Shown here one piece after another: positions 9,922-20,050 of a stretch of DNA of 64,000 nt. The DNA is taken from NCBI GenBank assembly GCA_036384755.1, contig DASVLS010000018.1, positions 11,764 to 75,763 of the forward strand, read 5' to 3'. The translations under genes and the position numbers were made by a program. Below the pieces are notes generated by a model. That model saw only the letters and a list, made by a program, of their open reading frames with translations. It had not been told where the DNA came from and ran no database searches. The stretch is from Trinickia sp. GTDB lineage: Bacteria; Pseudomonadota; Gammaproteobacteria; Burkholderiales; Burkholderiaceae. Each line of letters opens with the position of its first letter. Within the stretch, counting starts at the first letter, position 1.

Positions 9922-10677
9922 CTAGTCGTGCGTTCCCAGCAAGTTCAGATACATGGCGAGTGTTCGCTCCGCCGACTCCGCGACGAGTTTGGCGATCGGG
10001 TCGTAATCTCCTCCCACACAGGCCTGGTCGAGCGCATCGTAATAGACCGAGCGATCCTCGGCTCGAATGACGGCTGGCGGATACCCGGCCTTCATGAGCT
10101 CCAAGTTCAGAAGCAGCCGTCCCGTCCTTCCGTTCCCGTCGGCGAACGGACGAATCTTGGCGAATCGAGTATGGAGTTCCGCTGCGCGCGCCACGGGATG
10201 AATCGTTGCCGCTTGCGTGTGCCAATCGATGAGTCCAGCCATCTCGCTGGTCAATTGCAAAAAATCCGGAGCGGTCGTACCCGCGTCTGCACTCTCCACG
10301 TTCTCACGGCGATACCGTCCGGCCTCCTGTTCGTCGATGCCCTTCAGGACCAACCGGTGAATGTTTTGGATCTGCCGCTCGGACAACGCCTCGTCGCTTG
10401 CGACGATCTTCTCGACATAAAGAATGGCGTCGCGATGATTCATCGCCGCAAAGTGCTCTCGAAGGGACTTCCCGCCAACCGCAATGCCGTCGAGCACCAC
10501 TTTGGTCTCCTGCAGCGTCAGCGTGTTGCCTTCGATAGCGTTGGAGTGATACGTCCAATCCAATGTCAGCTTCTCGCGCAGCGACTCCAACGTATGAACC
10601 GGGAGCGGGCGCGCCTCGTCGAGTCGCGCCTTGCCGGCATCGATGGTGTGCAGCAGGGCCTGTAGTGATGCATCCAT
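9922..10677 (-). CDS. Fic-domain protein (class II type), catalytic His replaced by Arg
   Basis: Inhibitory helix SNAIEGN. The Fic motif reads RPFADGNGRTGR instead of HPFxDGNGRxxR. Confidence 0.9.
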   Translation of the reverse strand: MDASLQALLHTIDAGKARLDEARPLPVHTLESLREKLTLDWTYHSNAIEGNTLTLQETKVVLDGIAVGGKSLREHFAAMNHRDAILYVEKIVASDEALSERQIQNIHRLVLKGIDEQEAGRYRRENVESADAGTTAPDFLQLTSEMAGLIDWHTQAATIHPVARAAELHTRFAKIRPFADGNGRTGRLLLNLELMKAGYPPAVIRAEDRSVYYDALDQACVGGDYDPIAKLVAESAERTLAMYLNLLGTHD

Positions 10678-10740
10678 GAAATCATCCTTGCGATCGTTAG
10701 CGTCGCAAAGTATATCTCTTGCGATGCATCGACCGCCGAA

Positions 10741-11400
10741 TCATGTATGGACGTTCGCCACGATGAATTCGGCAGTCGCGCTACGAGACAGCACGAGATC
10801 GGCATTGACGAGATCGTTGCCCTCGAGCTTCGCTCGTATGGCGGCTTCGTCCATGCCGTATCCCCGCCATCTTCCAACGAGGCGATCGATCAACACCTCG
10901 CGCGGCACGTCCAGCATGACGGTAACGTCGAAATAGCGGCGCAGCGGCGTCCACGCCGGATCGTCGAGCAGCAGGTAGTTGCCCTCGACTACGATCAATC
11001 TTGCCGATGCCGGGATGATCGCCGCACCGGCGCGGGCGATTTCGAGCGACCGGTCGAAGACGGGCACGGCGATCTCGCTGCCGTCGTCGGCACGCAGGCG
11101 TTCGAGCATGGCCGCAAGGCCGCCCACGTCGAACGTGAACGGCGCCCCTTTGCGCGCGCGTTGTCCTCTCGCCTCCAAGACGCGGTCGTCGAAGTGATAG
11201 CCGTCCATGGCCAGAATGCATGCCAAGCCGGGCCGCTCGACGTTGAGCCGTTCGCAAAGCGATTCGACGAACGTGCTCTTGCCCGCGCCCGGCGCACCCG
11301 CGACGGCGACCAAACGACGGGCGTCGCGTTGCGATCGACGTAGGTGTTCGACTAATTCGGCAAGCTCGACGCGATGGGATTCCGGCGTTGTGCTGTTCAC
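10741..11400 (-). CDS. P-loop kinase, YggC/FrcK (pantothenate/nucleoside kinase-like) family
   Basis: GAPGAGKST, MDGYH, RKGAPFTFD, PVFDRSLE and VVEGNYLLL motifs; the GTG start is approximate. Confidence 0.85.
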   Translation of the reverse strand: MNSTTPESHRVELAELVEHLRRSQRDARRLVAVAGAPGAGKSTFVESLCERLNVERPGLACILAMDGYHFDDRVLEARGQRARKGAPFTFDVGGLAAMLERLRADDGSEIAVPVFDRSLEIARAGAAIIPASARLIVVEGNYLLLDDPAWTPLRRYFDVTVMLDVPREVLIDRLVGRWRGYGMDEAAIRAKLEGNDLVNADLVLSRSATAEFIVANVHT

Positions 11401-11532
11401 GGCAAGCGGCTCCGTTGGGAAGGCTTCGGCGCATAGGACGCTCAATCCTAACAGCCTTCCCGGAAAGCCCGCTACGGCAACGGTTTTAGCGCCGCCTACC
11501 GAGCGCCGGATCGTCCGGTCATCGCACCGCCC

Positions 11533-11910
11533 TTATATCGCCACATCCTCGATACAGCGAGGATTCGCGCTTGCCGTCGCGCGCTTCGATCGCGTATGGG
11601 CAACGAACATCGTCGGCGTCATCCCGCACATCCGCTTGAAATGCCGGCCGAAGTGGCTTTGATCGAAGAAGCCGACTTCCGTGGCCACCGCCACGCTCGG
11701 CACGCCCGCAAGCAGCAGCGATTGCGCCCGCTCGATGCGCAAGCCGCACAGATATCGATAGGGCGACGAGCCGAAGCGCTCCCGAAACGCGGTGGCGAAC
11801 CGCGAAATGCTCAATGCCGCCGGCGCGGCCATTTGCGCGAGCGTCAGCGGTTCGGCGAAATGCGCCTCGATGAACGCTCGCGCTTGGTCCAATCCTTCCG
11901 TTCGCTTCAT
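11533..11910 (-). CDS. Short AraC-family regulator (DNA-binding domain only)
   Basis: MKRTEGLDQARAFIEAHFAEPLTL...VATEVGFFDQSHFGRHFKRMCGMTP. Confidence 0.8.
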   Translation of the reverse strand: MKRTEGLDQARAFIEAHFAEPLTLAQMAAPAALSISRFATAFRERFGSSPYRYLCGLRIERAQSLLLAGVPSVAVATEVGFFDQSHFGRHFKRMCGMTPTMFVAHTRSKRATASANPRCIEDVAI

Positions 11911-12063
11911 GTCACACCCGCATCGCCCTTCTGCGCGGCATCTCGTTCGCGTAAGCGGCCGATCGCGTGCCAATCGATGGCAGCGCGCCGCGATCACCGC
12001 GGCCGGCCGCGCCCTCGCCGCCAAAGCTCGCACCTTCGTGCGCCGTACGAACGAATCGCGCAT

Positions 12064-13911
12064 TCATGCGGCGCCTCGCAACGGTTGCAGCAACGCCAGT
12101 TCCTCGGCGGACCGATGACAGAGAATGTGCGCGCCGGACGGCAGCGCTCTTAGCGGCGGCGGCACCGCGTTGCATTTGCCGTCTACGCGAACCGAGCAGC
12201 GCGATCGAAAACGGCAGAGGTCGCCGCCCCCCGCGTCCGCCGACAGCGGCGGCAGCGCGCACACGGCGATATCGCGATGCGCATCGAGCCATCCACGTTT
12301 GAGCGCCGGGACGGATTCGACGAGCAAGCCGGTATAGGGATGATGCGGCGGGTTATCCAACAGTTTGCGTTGCCCCGCCTCGACGCGCTTGCCCGAATAC
12401 AGCACGATGACGTCGTCGCAAACCGCCCGCACCGTCGAGATATCGTGGCTGATGAACATGTACGACACGCCGAGCTCACGGCGCAATTCGCGCAGCAGAT
12501 CGAGAATCGCCGCGCCGACGACGGTATCGAGCGCCGAGGTCACTTCGTCGCAAAGGATCAACGAAGGCTCCGCGGCCAAAGCGCGTGCGAAATTGACGCG
12601 CTGCTTTTGCCCCCCGGACAAACCGCCGGGACGCCGCGTCGCGGTCGACGCAGGCAGCTTGACGAGATCGAGCAGCTCGGCGATGCGGCGCTTGGCGGCC
12701 GCACCGCGCAATCCCTTGTAGAACGCAAGCGGGCGGCCCAGTATGTCCTCGACGGTATGGCTCGGGTTCAGCGCCGTATCGGCGTTTTGAAACACGAGCT
12801 GAATCCGGCGGTATTGATCGGCCGACCGCCCGCTCAATTGCGAGGACAACAGCTTCCCCTCGAACAGCACTTCGCCGCTTGCCCGCTCGACGAGCCCCGC
12901 GACGACACGCGCGAGCGTCGTCTTGCCTGAGCCCGATTCGCCGATGACCCCGAGCGCGCTGCCGCGCGCGATCGAGAGGTTGACGTCGTCGAGCACGCAC
13001 ACGGCCGGATTGCCGTGGCGGTCGATCCGGCCATAGCCGGCCGACAAGCCGCGTATTTCCAACAGCGGCGCACCCGCCGCGTCGGCCGCCGCGGCCGGCC
13101 TGCCTGAACCGGGCTGACCTTCCCGATGCGCCGACGCAGCCAGCAACGCACGCGTATAGGCATGCGCGGGCGCCTCGAGCACTTGGTCGACGTCCCCGCA
13201 TTCCTGTACTTCGCCGCCGTTGAGCACGACGATTCGATCGGCCATCTGCGCGACCACGGCCAAATCGTGCGACACGTATACCGCCGTCGTCCCGATTTCC
13301 TTGATCACGCGCTTGAACGCGACGAGCACTTCGATCTGCGTGGTCACGTCGAGCGCGGTCGTCGGCTCGTCGAAAACGACCACGGCGGGATCGGTAATCA
13401 ACGCCATCGCCGCCATCAAGCGCTGCAATTGCCCGCCCGACACCTGATGCGGATAGCGATCGCCGATACGCTCGGGAGTCGGCAGCGCCAGCGCACGAAA
13501 CAGCTCGACAGCCTTGGCGCATGCGGCGTCGCGGCTCATGAGCCGATGCAGCAGCGCCGGTTCGATGACTTGATCCATCAACGTGCGCGCCGGATTGAAC
13601 CCGGCCGCCGCACTCTGCGCGACATAAGCGACGGTGCGCGAGCGCAGCGCACGCCGGCCCGCTTCGTCGAGCGTCAGCACGTCGGTGTCGCCCACGCGTA
13701 CGCTGCCGCCGGCAAACGAACAACCGTGGCGCGTGTAGCCGAGCAGCGAAAGCGCAATCGTCGTCTTGCCCGAGCCCGATTCGCCGATCAACGCCAAGAC
13801 CTCGCCCCGGTTCACGGTAAAGTCGACGCCCTTCACGATCTCGGTCATCCCCTCGCTCGCGCTGCCCGCGACGATGCTCAGCCCCTTCACTTCGATCATC
13901 ACGTTGCTCAC
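12064..13911 (-). CDS. Peptide/opine-type ABC transporter, fused double ATP-binding subunit
   Basis: Two GESGSGKT Walker A motifs; VSGGQ and LSGGQ signatures; GTG start overlapping the upstream TGA. Confidence 0.92.
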   Translation of the reverse strand: MSNVMIEVKGLSIVAGSASEGMTEIVKGVDFTVNRGEVLALIGESGSGKTTIALSLLGYTRHGCSFAGGSVRVGDTDVLTLDEAGRRALRSRTVAYVAQSAAAGFNPARTLMDQVIEPALLHRLMSRDAACAKAVELFRALALPTPERIGDRYPHQVSGGQLQRLMAAMALITDPAVVVFDEPTTALDVTTQIEVLVAFKRVIKEIGTTAVYVSHDLAVVAQMADRIVVLNGGEVQECGDVDQVLEAPAHAYTRALLAASAHREGQPGSGRPAAAADAAGAPLLEIRGLSAGYGRIDRHGNPAVCVLDDVNLSIARGSALGVIGESGSGKTTLARVVAGLVERASGEVLFEGKLLSSQLSGRSADQYRRIQLVFQNADTALNPSHTVEDILGRPLAFYKGLRGAAAKRRIAELLDLVKLPASTATRRPGGLSGGQKQRVNFARALAAEPSLILCDEVTSALDTVVGAAILDLLRELRRELGVSYMFISHDISTVRAVCDDVIVLYSGKRVEAGQRKLLDNPPHHPYTGLLVESVPALKRGWLDAHRDIAVCALPPLSADAGGGDLCRFRSRCSVRVDGKCNAVPPPLRALPSGAHILCHRSAEELALLQPLRGAA

Positions 13912-14822
13912 TTCTGGCCTCCCTGTGCGAAGCCGCTGTGACGGCGCAGACTGTCGATCAGCAAATTCATCCCGACCGTCAGCGTCGCGATGGCGATCGA
14001 GGGCATCATCACGGCCGGCGCCGCTTGCGACAGGCCGCCGATGTTCTCGCGAACGAGCGAGCCCCAATCCGCGTTCGGCGGCTGCACGCCCAGACCGAGG
14101 AAGCTCAGGCCGCTCAGCAGCAGCACGATGAAGACGAAGCGCAGCCCGAAATCGGCCAGCACGGGATGGATCATGTTCGGCAGCACTTCGACGCGCGCGA
14201 TGTAGAACAACCGCTCCCCGCGCGCACGGGCGACGAGTACGTATTCGAGCGTCATCAGATTGACCGCCAGCGAACGCGAAATGCGATACGCGCCCGGGAT
14301 GTAAGCCACCGCCGCAATGATCGTCAGCATCGGAATCGACGAACCGAACGCCGCGATGGCGACGAGGGCCAGCACCTTGCTGGGGATCGAAATCAATGCG
14401 TCGAAGAAACGGCTCAACGCTTCGTCCACCCAGCGCGCGGAAACGGCCGCAAAGAGTCCCAAACAGGTGCCGATACCGCTCGCCAGCACGGCAGCGCCGA
14501 GGGCCAGCCCAACGGTGTAGCGCGCGCCGATGAGGATGCGGCTCAGCATGTCGCGGCCTAGATAGTCGGTGCCGAACGGATGCGCCGCACTGTAGCTCGC
14601 GAAACTGAACGGCGAAGCGAGCGCGCCCTCCTTGTACGGGGCGAGCATGGGCCCGAACACCGCCATCAATAGCCAGAAGCAAACGAGTGCAAGGCCGATT
14701 TTGCCGAACCACGACAGACGGAGCCGCCGCGCGCGGCGCGGGCGTTTTGCCGCCTCGAGCGCCGCTTCGTCGTAGATCTGCGTGCCGGGATGTGAAATGG
14801 AGGATTGGGCGGGGCGATTCAT
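13908..14822 (-). CDS. ABC transporter permease (DppC/OppC-like)
   Basis: HPFGTDYLGRDMLSR and LSFLGLGVQPPNADWG motifs; ATGA overlap at 14819-14822. Confidence 0.92.
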   Translation of the reverse strand: MNRPAQSSISHPGTQIYDEAALEAAKRPRRARRLRLSWFGKIGLALVCFWLLMAVFGPMLAPYKEGALASPFSFASYSAAHPFGTDYLGRDMLSRILIGARYTVGLALGAAVLASGIGTCLGLFAAVSARWVDEALSRFFDALISIPSKVLALVAIAAFGSSIPMLTIIAAVAYIPGAYRISRSLAVNLMTLEYVLVARARGERLFYIARVEVLPNMIHPVLADFGLRFVFIVLLLSGLSFLGLGVQPPNADWGSLVRENIGGLSQAAPAVMMPSIAIATLTVGMNLLIDSLRRHSGFAQGGQK

Positions 14823-15775
14823 CGTTGACGAAGCCTCGGATTGGAAATGATCTGACATAGGTCCGCCAGCAATACGAGTGCAAGATACGCTGCGCAAAAA
14901 ACCATGACGCAGCCCTGAACGAGCGGCATGTCGCGGTTGGTCACCGCGTCCACCATCAGGCTCGCGAGTCCGGGGTAATTGAAAATCGATTCCACGATGA
15001 CCACGCCGCCGAACAAGTAGGACAAGCTCAGCGCCACGGCGTTGGCGATCGGACCGATCGCATTGGGCAACACGTGGCGCAGGACGATGCGCACTTGCGA
15101 TGCCCCCTTCAAGCTCGCCATCTCGACATAGCCCGAATTCAACTGGTCGAGCACCGCCGCTCTCGTCATGCGCGCCATTTGCGCAATCAGCACGCAGCAC
15201 AGCGTCATGACAGGCATGGCGTAAATGCGCACTAGATCGCCGAACGAGGACACCGAGGACAGATACGACAGCGCGGGCAACCAGTGAAGATTGACGGCGA
15301 AGATCAATACGGCGATGGTCGCGACAAGGAACTCGGGTACCGCGACCGTCGAGAGCGTCAAGAGGTTCAACGTGCGATCGAGCAGCGAGCCGCGGTACAT
15401 CGCCGACAAAATGCCGATGGCCAGCGCGATCGGCACCGCCACGACCGTCGTCAATCCGGCCAACATCAACGAGTTCGGCAACCGCGTTTCAATGAGCTCG
15501 CTCACGGGCAGGCTATTTGAGAGCGACATGCCGAAGTCCCCGCCGACGATATGAAAGAGCCATTGCAGATACCGCTGCAGCGCCGGCTGATCGAGGCCGA
15601 ACTGATGCCGCAAGGCAGCGACGGCCTCGGGCGTGGCGGCCTGCCCGAGCGCCTGCTGCGCAGCATCGCCCGGCAGCAGCCCGGTCATCGCGAACACGAT
15701 GGCCGAGACGATCAGCAAGGTCAGCAATGCGAGGCCCAGGCGACTGGCAATGAGTCTATAGGCTTGACGTTTCAT
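14819..15775 (-). CDS. ABC transporter permease (DppB/OppB-like)
   Basis: LLPGD, FGLDQP, RHVLPNA, VESIFNYPGL and RDMPLVQG motifs. Confidence 0.93.
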   Translation of the reverse strand: MKRQAYRLIASRLGLALLTLLIVSAIVFAMTGLLPGDAAQQALGQAATPEAVAALRHQFGLDQPALQRYLQWLFHIVGGDFGMSLSNSLPVSELIETRLPNSLMLAGLTTVVAVPIALAIGILSAMYRGSLLDRTLNLLTLSTVAVPEFLVATIAVLIFAVNLHWLPALSYLSSVSSFGDLVRIYAMPVMTLCCVLIAQMARMTRAAVLDQLNSGYVEMASLKGASQVRIVLRHVLPNAIGPIANAVALSLSYLFGGVVIVESIFNYPGLASLMVDAVTNRDMPLVQGCVMVFCAAYLALVLLADLCQIISNPRLRQR

Positions 15776-15898
15776 GGACGCTCGTCTCCTTCGTCATTCG
15801 TTGCATCTTGTCTCGTGGCCGGCGCACGGACAGCCCGCAGGCTAGGCGGCCCGGGGCATGCCGGGTCGCCGCGATCCGTGCGCCGAAGCGCACTTCGG

Positions 15899-17518
15899 TT
15901 ACGTGTCTAGCCATACGTGCTCGGAAAACGCGAAGCCCATGAGGCCCGCGAGCGGAATCTGCCCAAGGCCCTTGAGCTTCGTCGTATGCGCATCGAGCGA
16001 ACTGAGGAACATCGGGATGCCGATGCCGCCCTTTTCATGGACGAGCACCTGCATGTCGCCGTAGATCTTCTTGCGCTTGGCTTCGTCGGGTTCGCCGCGC
16101 GCCGCGATCAGCATCTGATCGAACTGCGGGTCCTTCCAGTTGGCTTCGTTCCAAGGCGCATTGGATGCAAAGAACTGGGTGAACAGCATGTCGGCGGTCG
16201 GCCGGGCGTTGATGTTCCCGTAGCTGAGCGGGTGCTTCATCCAATGGTTGGACCAATAGCCGTCCGCGGGCACGCGCATCACCTGCAGATTGAGCCCGGC
16301 AAGCGGCGCCGCCTGCTGCAGCAGCATTGCCATATCCACCGAGCCGTCGGCCGCGGGCGAAGCGAACAACTGCAACGGCGTGCTGCCCACGCCGGCCTTC
16401 TTGAAATAGAACTTGGCCTTGTCCGGATCGAACTTGCGCTGCGGCAAGCCGGCGAAGTAGTACTTGTTCGTCGGATCGATCGGCTGATCGTTGCCGATCG
16501 CGCCATAGCCCTGAAACACGGCCTGACGCACCTGGTCGCGGTTTTGCAGATGCATGAGCCCGAGACGGAAGTCTTGATTGCCCGTAATGCCGCCATCGTT
16601 GCGAATGATGAGGTCGGTGTATTGCCCGGTCTTCGTTTCGAGCACCGCGTAGCCTGGCGTGCCCTTGATACGGTTGGTCGATTGCGGGCTCACTTGATTG
16701 ATGAGCTGCACGTCGCCCGAGAGCAGGGCATTCACGCGTGCGGATTCGTCGCCGATGCCGATCAGTTCGATCTCATCCAGGTGCGGCAGGCCGCTCTTCC
16801 AATAGCGCTCGTTCTTGACCACCACCGTATGCACGCCCGGGGTGAATTCCTTGAGCTTGAACGGCCCTGTGCCCACGGCCGTCTTGGTGAAATCCTTCGT
16901 GCCGTCCTTGATGATCAGGAAATGCGCGTCGGCGAGGATGACTGGGAAATCGGCGTTCGGACCAGACAGCGTGATGGTCACTTCGTTCGGCCCGCTCGCC
17001 TTCACGTCGCTGATTTGATCGGCGAGCGTCTTGGCCTTCGAAGCCGTCGCCGGATCCTTGTGCCGCATCAGCGAATATACGACGTCGGCCGGCGCGAGCG
17101 CCTTGCCGTCATGGAACTGGACGCCCGAGCGCAGCTTAGCGACCCACACCTTGGTGTCTTGCGTATCCAGCGAGGTCGCGAGCGCCATCGTGGCGCCGAG
17201 GTGGGAATCGAGTTCGGTCAGGCCGTTGTAGATCATGTTGCAGCGCACGTAATCGGTGGCGAGCGCGCCCTTGGCCGGATCGAGCGTGTCCGCCGTCGAC
17301 GACGATTGCGTCGCCACGCGAATCTTGCCGCCCTGCTTCGGCTTGCCTTGCGCTTGCGCCGCCGGGCTCGCGACGAGCAGGCCGCCGCCCGTCACCGTGA
17401 CGAGGCCCGCCGCGACGAGCGCGCGCAGCGCATCGCGTCGCGACGCGCCCTTCGCGGTCAACTGATCGAGCGTGGTCTCGGCCCCGACAGCACCGTAATG
17501 TGAGGTGTCCTTTTTCAT
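15899..17518 (-). CDS. Family-5 ABC substrate-binding protein with Tat-type signal peptide
   Basis: SRRDALR twin-arginine leader; LRSGVQFHDG and GTGPF family-5 motifs. Confidence 0.92.
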   Translation of the reverse strand: MKKDTSHYGAVGAETTLDQLTAKGASRRDALRALVAAGLVTVTGGGLLVASPAAQAQGKPKQGGKIRVATQSSSTADTLDPAKGALATDYVRCNMIYNGLTELDSHLGATMALATSLDTQDTKVWVAKLRSGVQFHDGKALAPADVVYSLMRHKDPATASKAKTLADQISDVKASGPNEVTITLSGPNADFPVILADAHFLIIKDGTKDFTKTAVGTGPFKLKEFTPGVHTVVVKNERYWKSGLPHLDEIELIGIGDESARVNALLSGDVQLINQVSPQSTNRIKGTPGYAVLETKTGQYTDLIIRNDGGITGNQDFRLGLMHLQNRDQVRQAVFQGYGAIGNDQPIDPTNKYYFAGLPQRKFDPDKAKFYFKKAGVGSTPLQLFASPAADGSVDMAMLLQQAAPLAGLNLQVMRVPADGYWSNHWMKHPLSYGNINARPTADMLFTQFFASNAPWNEANWKDPQFDQMLIAARGEPDEAKRKKIYGDMQVLVHEKGGIGIPMFLSSLDAHTTKLKGLGQIPLAGLMGFAFSEHVWLDT

Positions 17519-17665
17519 TGCACTTCTCCGCGATGTAAGCCAAGGCTGGCAAAAATAGTTAACCGGCGGTCAACTCGATGATTCAATCCGATCCTCGTTC
17601 GAGGAAGGCCTCCAAAACCCTCACCCGGACGACGGTGCACGCGCTCGCCGAACTCGATCCCCATA

Positions 17666-18943
17666 TCAATAGAAAACGTCCTTGATCCGGTAGTAAGTGC
17701 CGACGATCGGCAGAAACCAGGGCTTGCCCGTATGCCCCGGAATCGCGGGCCAAGGCAAGTCGCGCCAGGGGTTGGCTTCTGCGCGGCCGTCGATGACGTC
17801 CGCCATCACCTGCCCCATATGCGTCGACATCTGCGTTCCGTGACCGCTATAGCCGAGCGAAAAGTACAAGCCGTCGTGCTGCCCGGCGCGCGGCAAGCGG
17901 TCGGCCGTCATGTCGACGAGGCCGCCCCAGCAGTAGTCGATACGAGCGCTCGCCAATTGCGGAAACAGCTCCGCGAGGCTGCGCTGCAAAATGCGTCCGC
18001 TTTTCTCGTCGGAGGGCCGCTCCGACGCCGTGAACCGTGCCCGCCCGCCGAAAACGAGGCGCGTATCGGCCGTCACGCGAAAGTAGTTGTGCATGAGCCG
18101 CGTCGTCGTATAAGCACGCCGGTTCGGGAACATGCGCGACGCCGTGTCGGCGCCGAGCGGCTCGGTCACGACGATGAAGGAGCCGATCGGCGCGATCCGC
18201 CGCCGATACCAGGCGAACGGTCCGTGCTTGGAGGGGCCCGTGGCGATCAGCACGTTCGTCGCGGCGACCTCGCCGCGCGAAGTGACGACGCCGTACCCCC
18301 CCGCGGCCTGCTTCGCGATCGTCGAAACCGGCGCGTGCTCGTAAAGCGCTGCCCCGTATCGACGCGCGGCCTGCGCGAGCCCGGCCGCGAACTTGCCCAT
18401 GTGCATCTGTCCGCCGTGGCGCTGCAGCAACCCACCGTAAAACCGGTCGGATTGCACCTCGTCGCGGATATGCGCGGCATCGATCAGGTCGATGTTCGAA
18501 TCGACCTCACGACGAATCAGCTCGGCGGTCTTGGCCAGGTGATCGAAGTGGTGCGGCTTCGACGCGAGCTTGAGTTTGCCCGAGGCGACATAGTCGCAAT
18601 CGATCGATTCCTCGCCGATGATACGCTCGACCGTATCGACGGCCGCGGCGTAAGCGAGGTAATAGCGGCGCGCGCGTTCCAGGCCGATTTGCGCGACGAG
18701 CGCCGAGAAATCCTGCGCGACGCCGGTATTGACCTGACCGCCGTTTCTCCCCGATGCGCCGCCGCCGATACGTCCCGCATCGAGCAATGACACGCTCGCC
18801 CCTCGCCGCGCCAGCGCGAGCGCGGCGGACAGTCCCGTGAAGCCGCCGCCGATGACGGCGACGTCCACGCGGCCCTGCACGGGCCCCTCGTCGCCTAGCG
18901 GCGCGACGGGCGCGGTATCGAGCCAATAGGACTCTAGCTTCAT
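17666..18943 (-). CDS. FAD-dependent oxidoreductase (PuuB/DAO family)
   Basis: ESYW N-terminus, IGGGFTG, GASGRNGGQ, WGGLVDMT and GYSGHG motifs. Confidence 0.9.
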   Translation of the reverse strand: MKLESYWLDTAPVAPLGDEGPVQGRVDVAVIGGGFTGLSAALALARRGASVSLLDAGRIGGGASGRNGGQVNTGVAQDFSALVAQIGLERARRYYLAYAAAVDTVERIIGEESIDCDYVASGKLKLASKPHHFDHLAKTAELIRREVDSNIDLIDAAHIRDEVQSDRFYGGLLQRHGGQMHMGKFAAGLAQAARRYGAALYEHAPVSTIAKQAAGGYGVVTSRGEVAATNVLIATGPSKHGPFAWYRRRIAPIGSFIVVTEPLGADTASRMFPNRRAYTTTRLMHNYFRVTADTRLVFGGRARFTASERPSDEKSGRILQRSLAELFPQLASARIDYCWGGLVDMTADRLPRAGQHDGLYFSLGYSGHGTQMSTHMGQVMADVIDGRAEANPWRDLPWPAIPGHTGKPWFLPIVGTYYRIKDVFY

Positions 18944-19019
18944 CGTGGGTTTCCTCGTTCGATGTCGATTGCGTTCAGCCTGCAGGCGCCGCGGGAAGCG
19001 ATATGACTTCGCACCGGCG

Positions 19020-19688
19020 TCAAAGGCCGAGCAGCGATGCCAGATGCGGAATGTCGTCGACTTCGTAGTACTCGTAACCCGGTGTCGACGGCTCGTGCCC
19101 GCGCTTGACGAAAGCCTTGTGCTTGATGCCGAGATCGTGCGCCGTCATGAGGTCGTAGCGCGGGCTCGACGACACGTGCAGCACGTCTTCCGGGTTGCAA
19201 TCGAGGCGATCGAACATGTATTCGAAACCTTGCATGCGCGGCTTGTACGACTGCGCCTGCTGCGCGGTAAAGACCGCATGGAACGGCGCGCCGAGCTTGT
19301 CGACGTTGCTTTGGATCTGATCGTCGGACGCGTTCGACAGGATCACGAGCTTGTATTTCTTGGCGAGCCGCGACAGCCCTTCCGGTACGTCCGGGTGCGG
19401 CCCCCATGTCGGCACGGCCAGGTAGATGCTTTCGGCCTTCTGCTCGTCGAACGTCGCGCCGACACGCTCGCAGGCGCGCCGGAACGCATTGACGACGACG
19501 TCGCGATAAGGCTTCCAGGCGCCCAACACTTCATCGCGGCGATAAGCGGAGAAGAAGCGGACGAGGCGCTCGAGCTTATCGGCGTCGAGTTCGTTGCCGT
19601 AGAGCTCGCGCGTCGTCTCCGCCATGCGAAAACGCGTCAGCGTGCCGTAGCAGTCGAAAGTGATGTATTTCGGCTCGAAGTCGATCAT
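19020..19688 (-). CDS. HAD hydrolase, type II haloacid-dehalogenase-like
   Basis: PKYITFDCYGTL motif I, ILSNA, SYKP, LHVSSSPRYD. Confidence 0.9.
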   Translation of the reverse strand: MIDFEPKYITFDCYGTLTRFRMAETTRELYGNELDADKLERLVRFFSAYRRDEVLGAWKPYRDVVVNAFRRACERVGATFDEQKAESIYLAVPTWGPHPDVPEGLSRLAKKYKLVILSNASDDQIQSNVDKLGAPFHAVFTAQQAQSYKPRMQGFEYMFDRLDCNPEDVLHVSSSPRYDLMTAHDLGIKHKAFVKRGHEPSTPGYEYYEVDDIPHLASLLGL

Positions 19689-20050
19689 CTCAGTGTTTCC
19701 TCTAATAAGCCTTGCAGCTGATTGCAAGCCGCCGCGCGATGATGCGAATGCCTGCGTCGTAAAAACATTTAATCAATGCAAAAACAAAGATGTCTGTCAT
19801 TTGGATGGCCCGCGCCACATAAAGCGCGCGTTTTGCACCGGTGCGACAGCAGAGTCTGCGGCGATTAGCAATGACCCTTACCCTGCGCCTCGACGCACGG
19901 CGCAGGGCGGTGCCGATCGAAGCCCTTGCCGGGCCGGCTGCCGCGGCATTTCGATACACGTGGCCAGTCCCTCCGATGAAAAGATCGTCCTAGTCAGGCT
20001 GCGCGACGCATGACACAGTTCGTACCAATCAAGACCATGAGGGGGTACGC

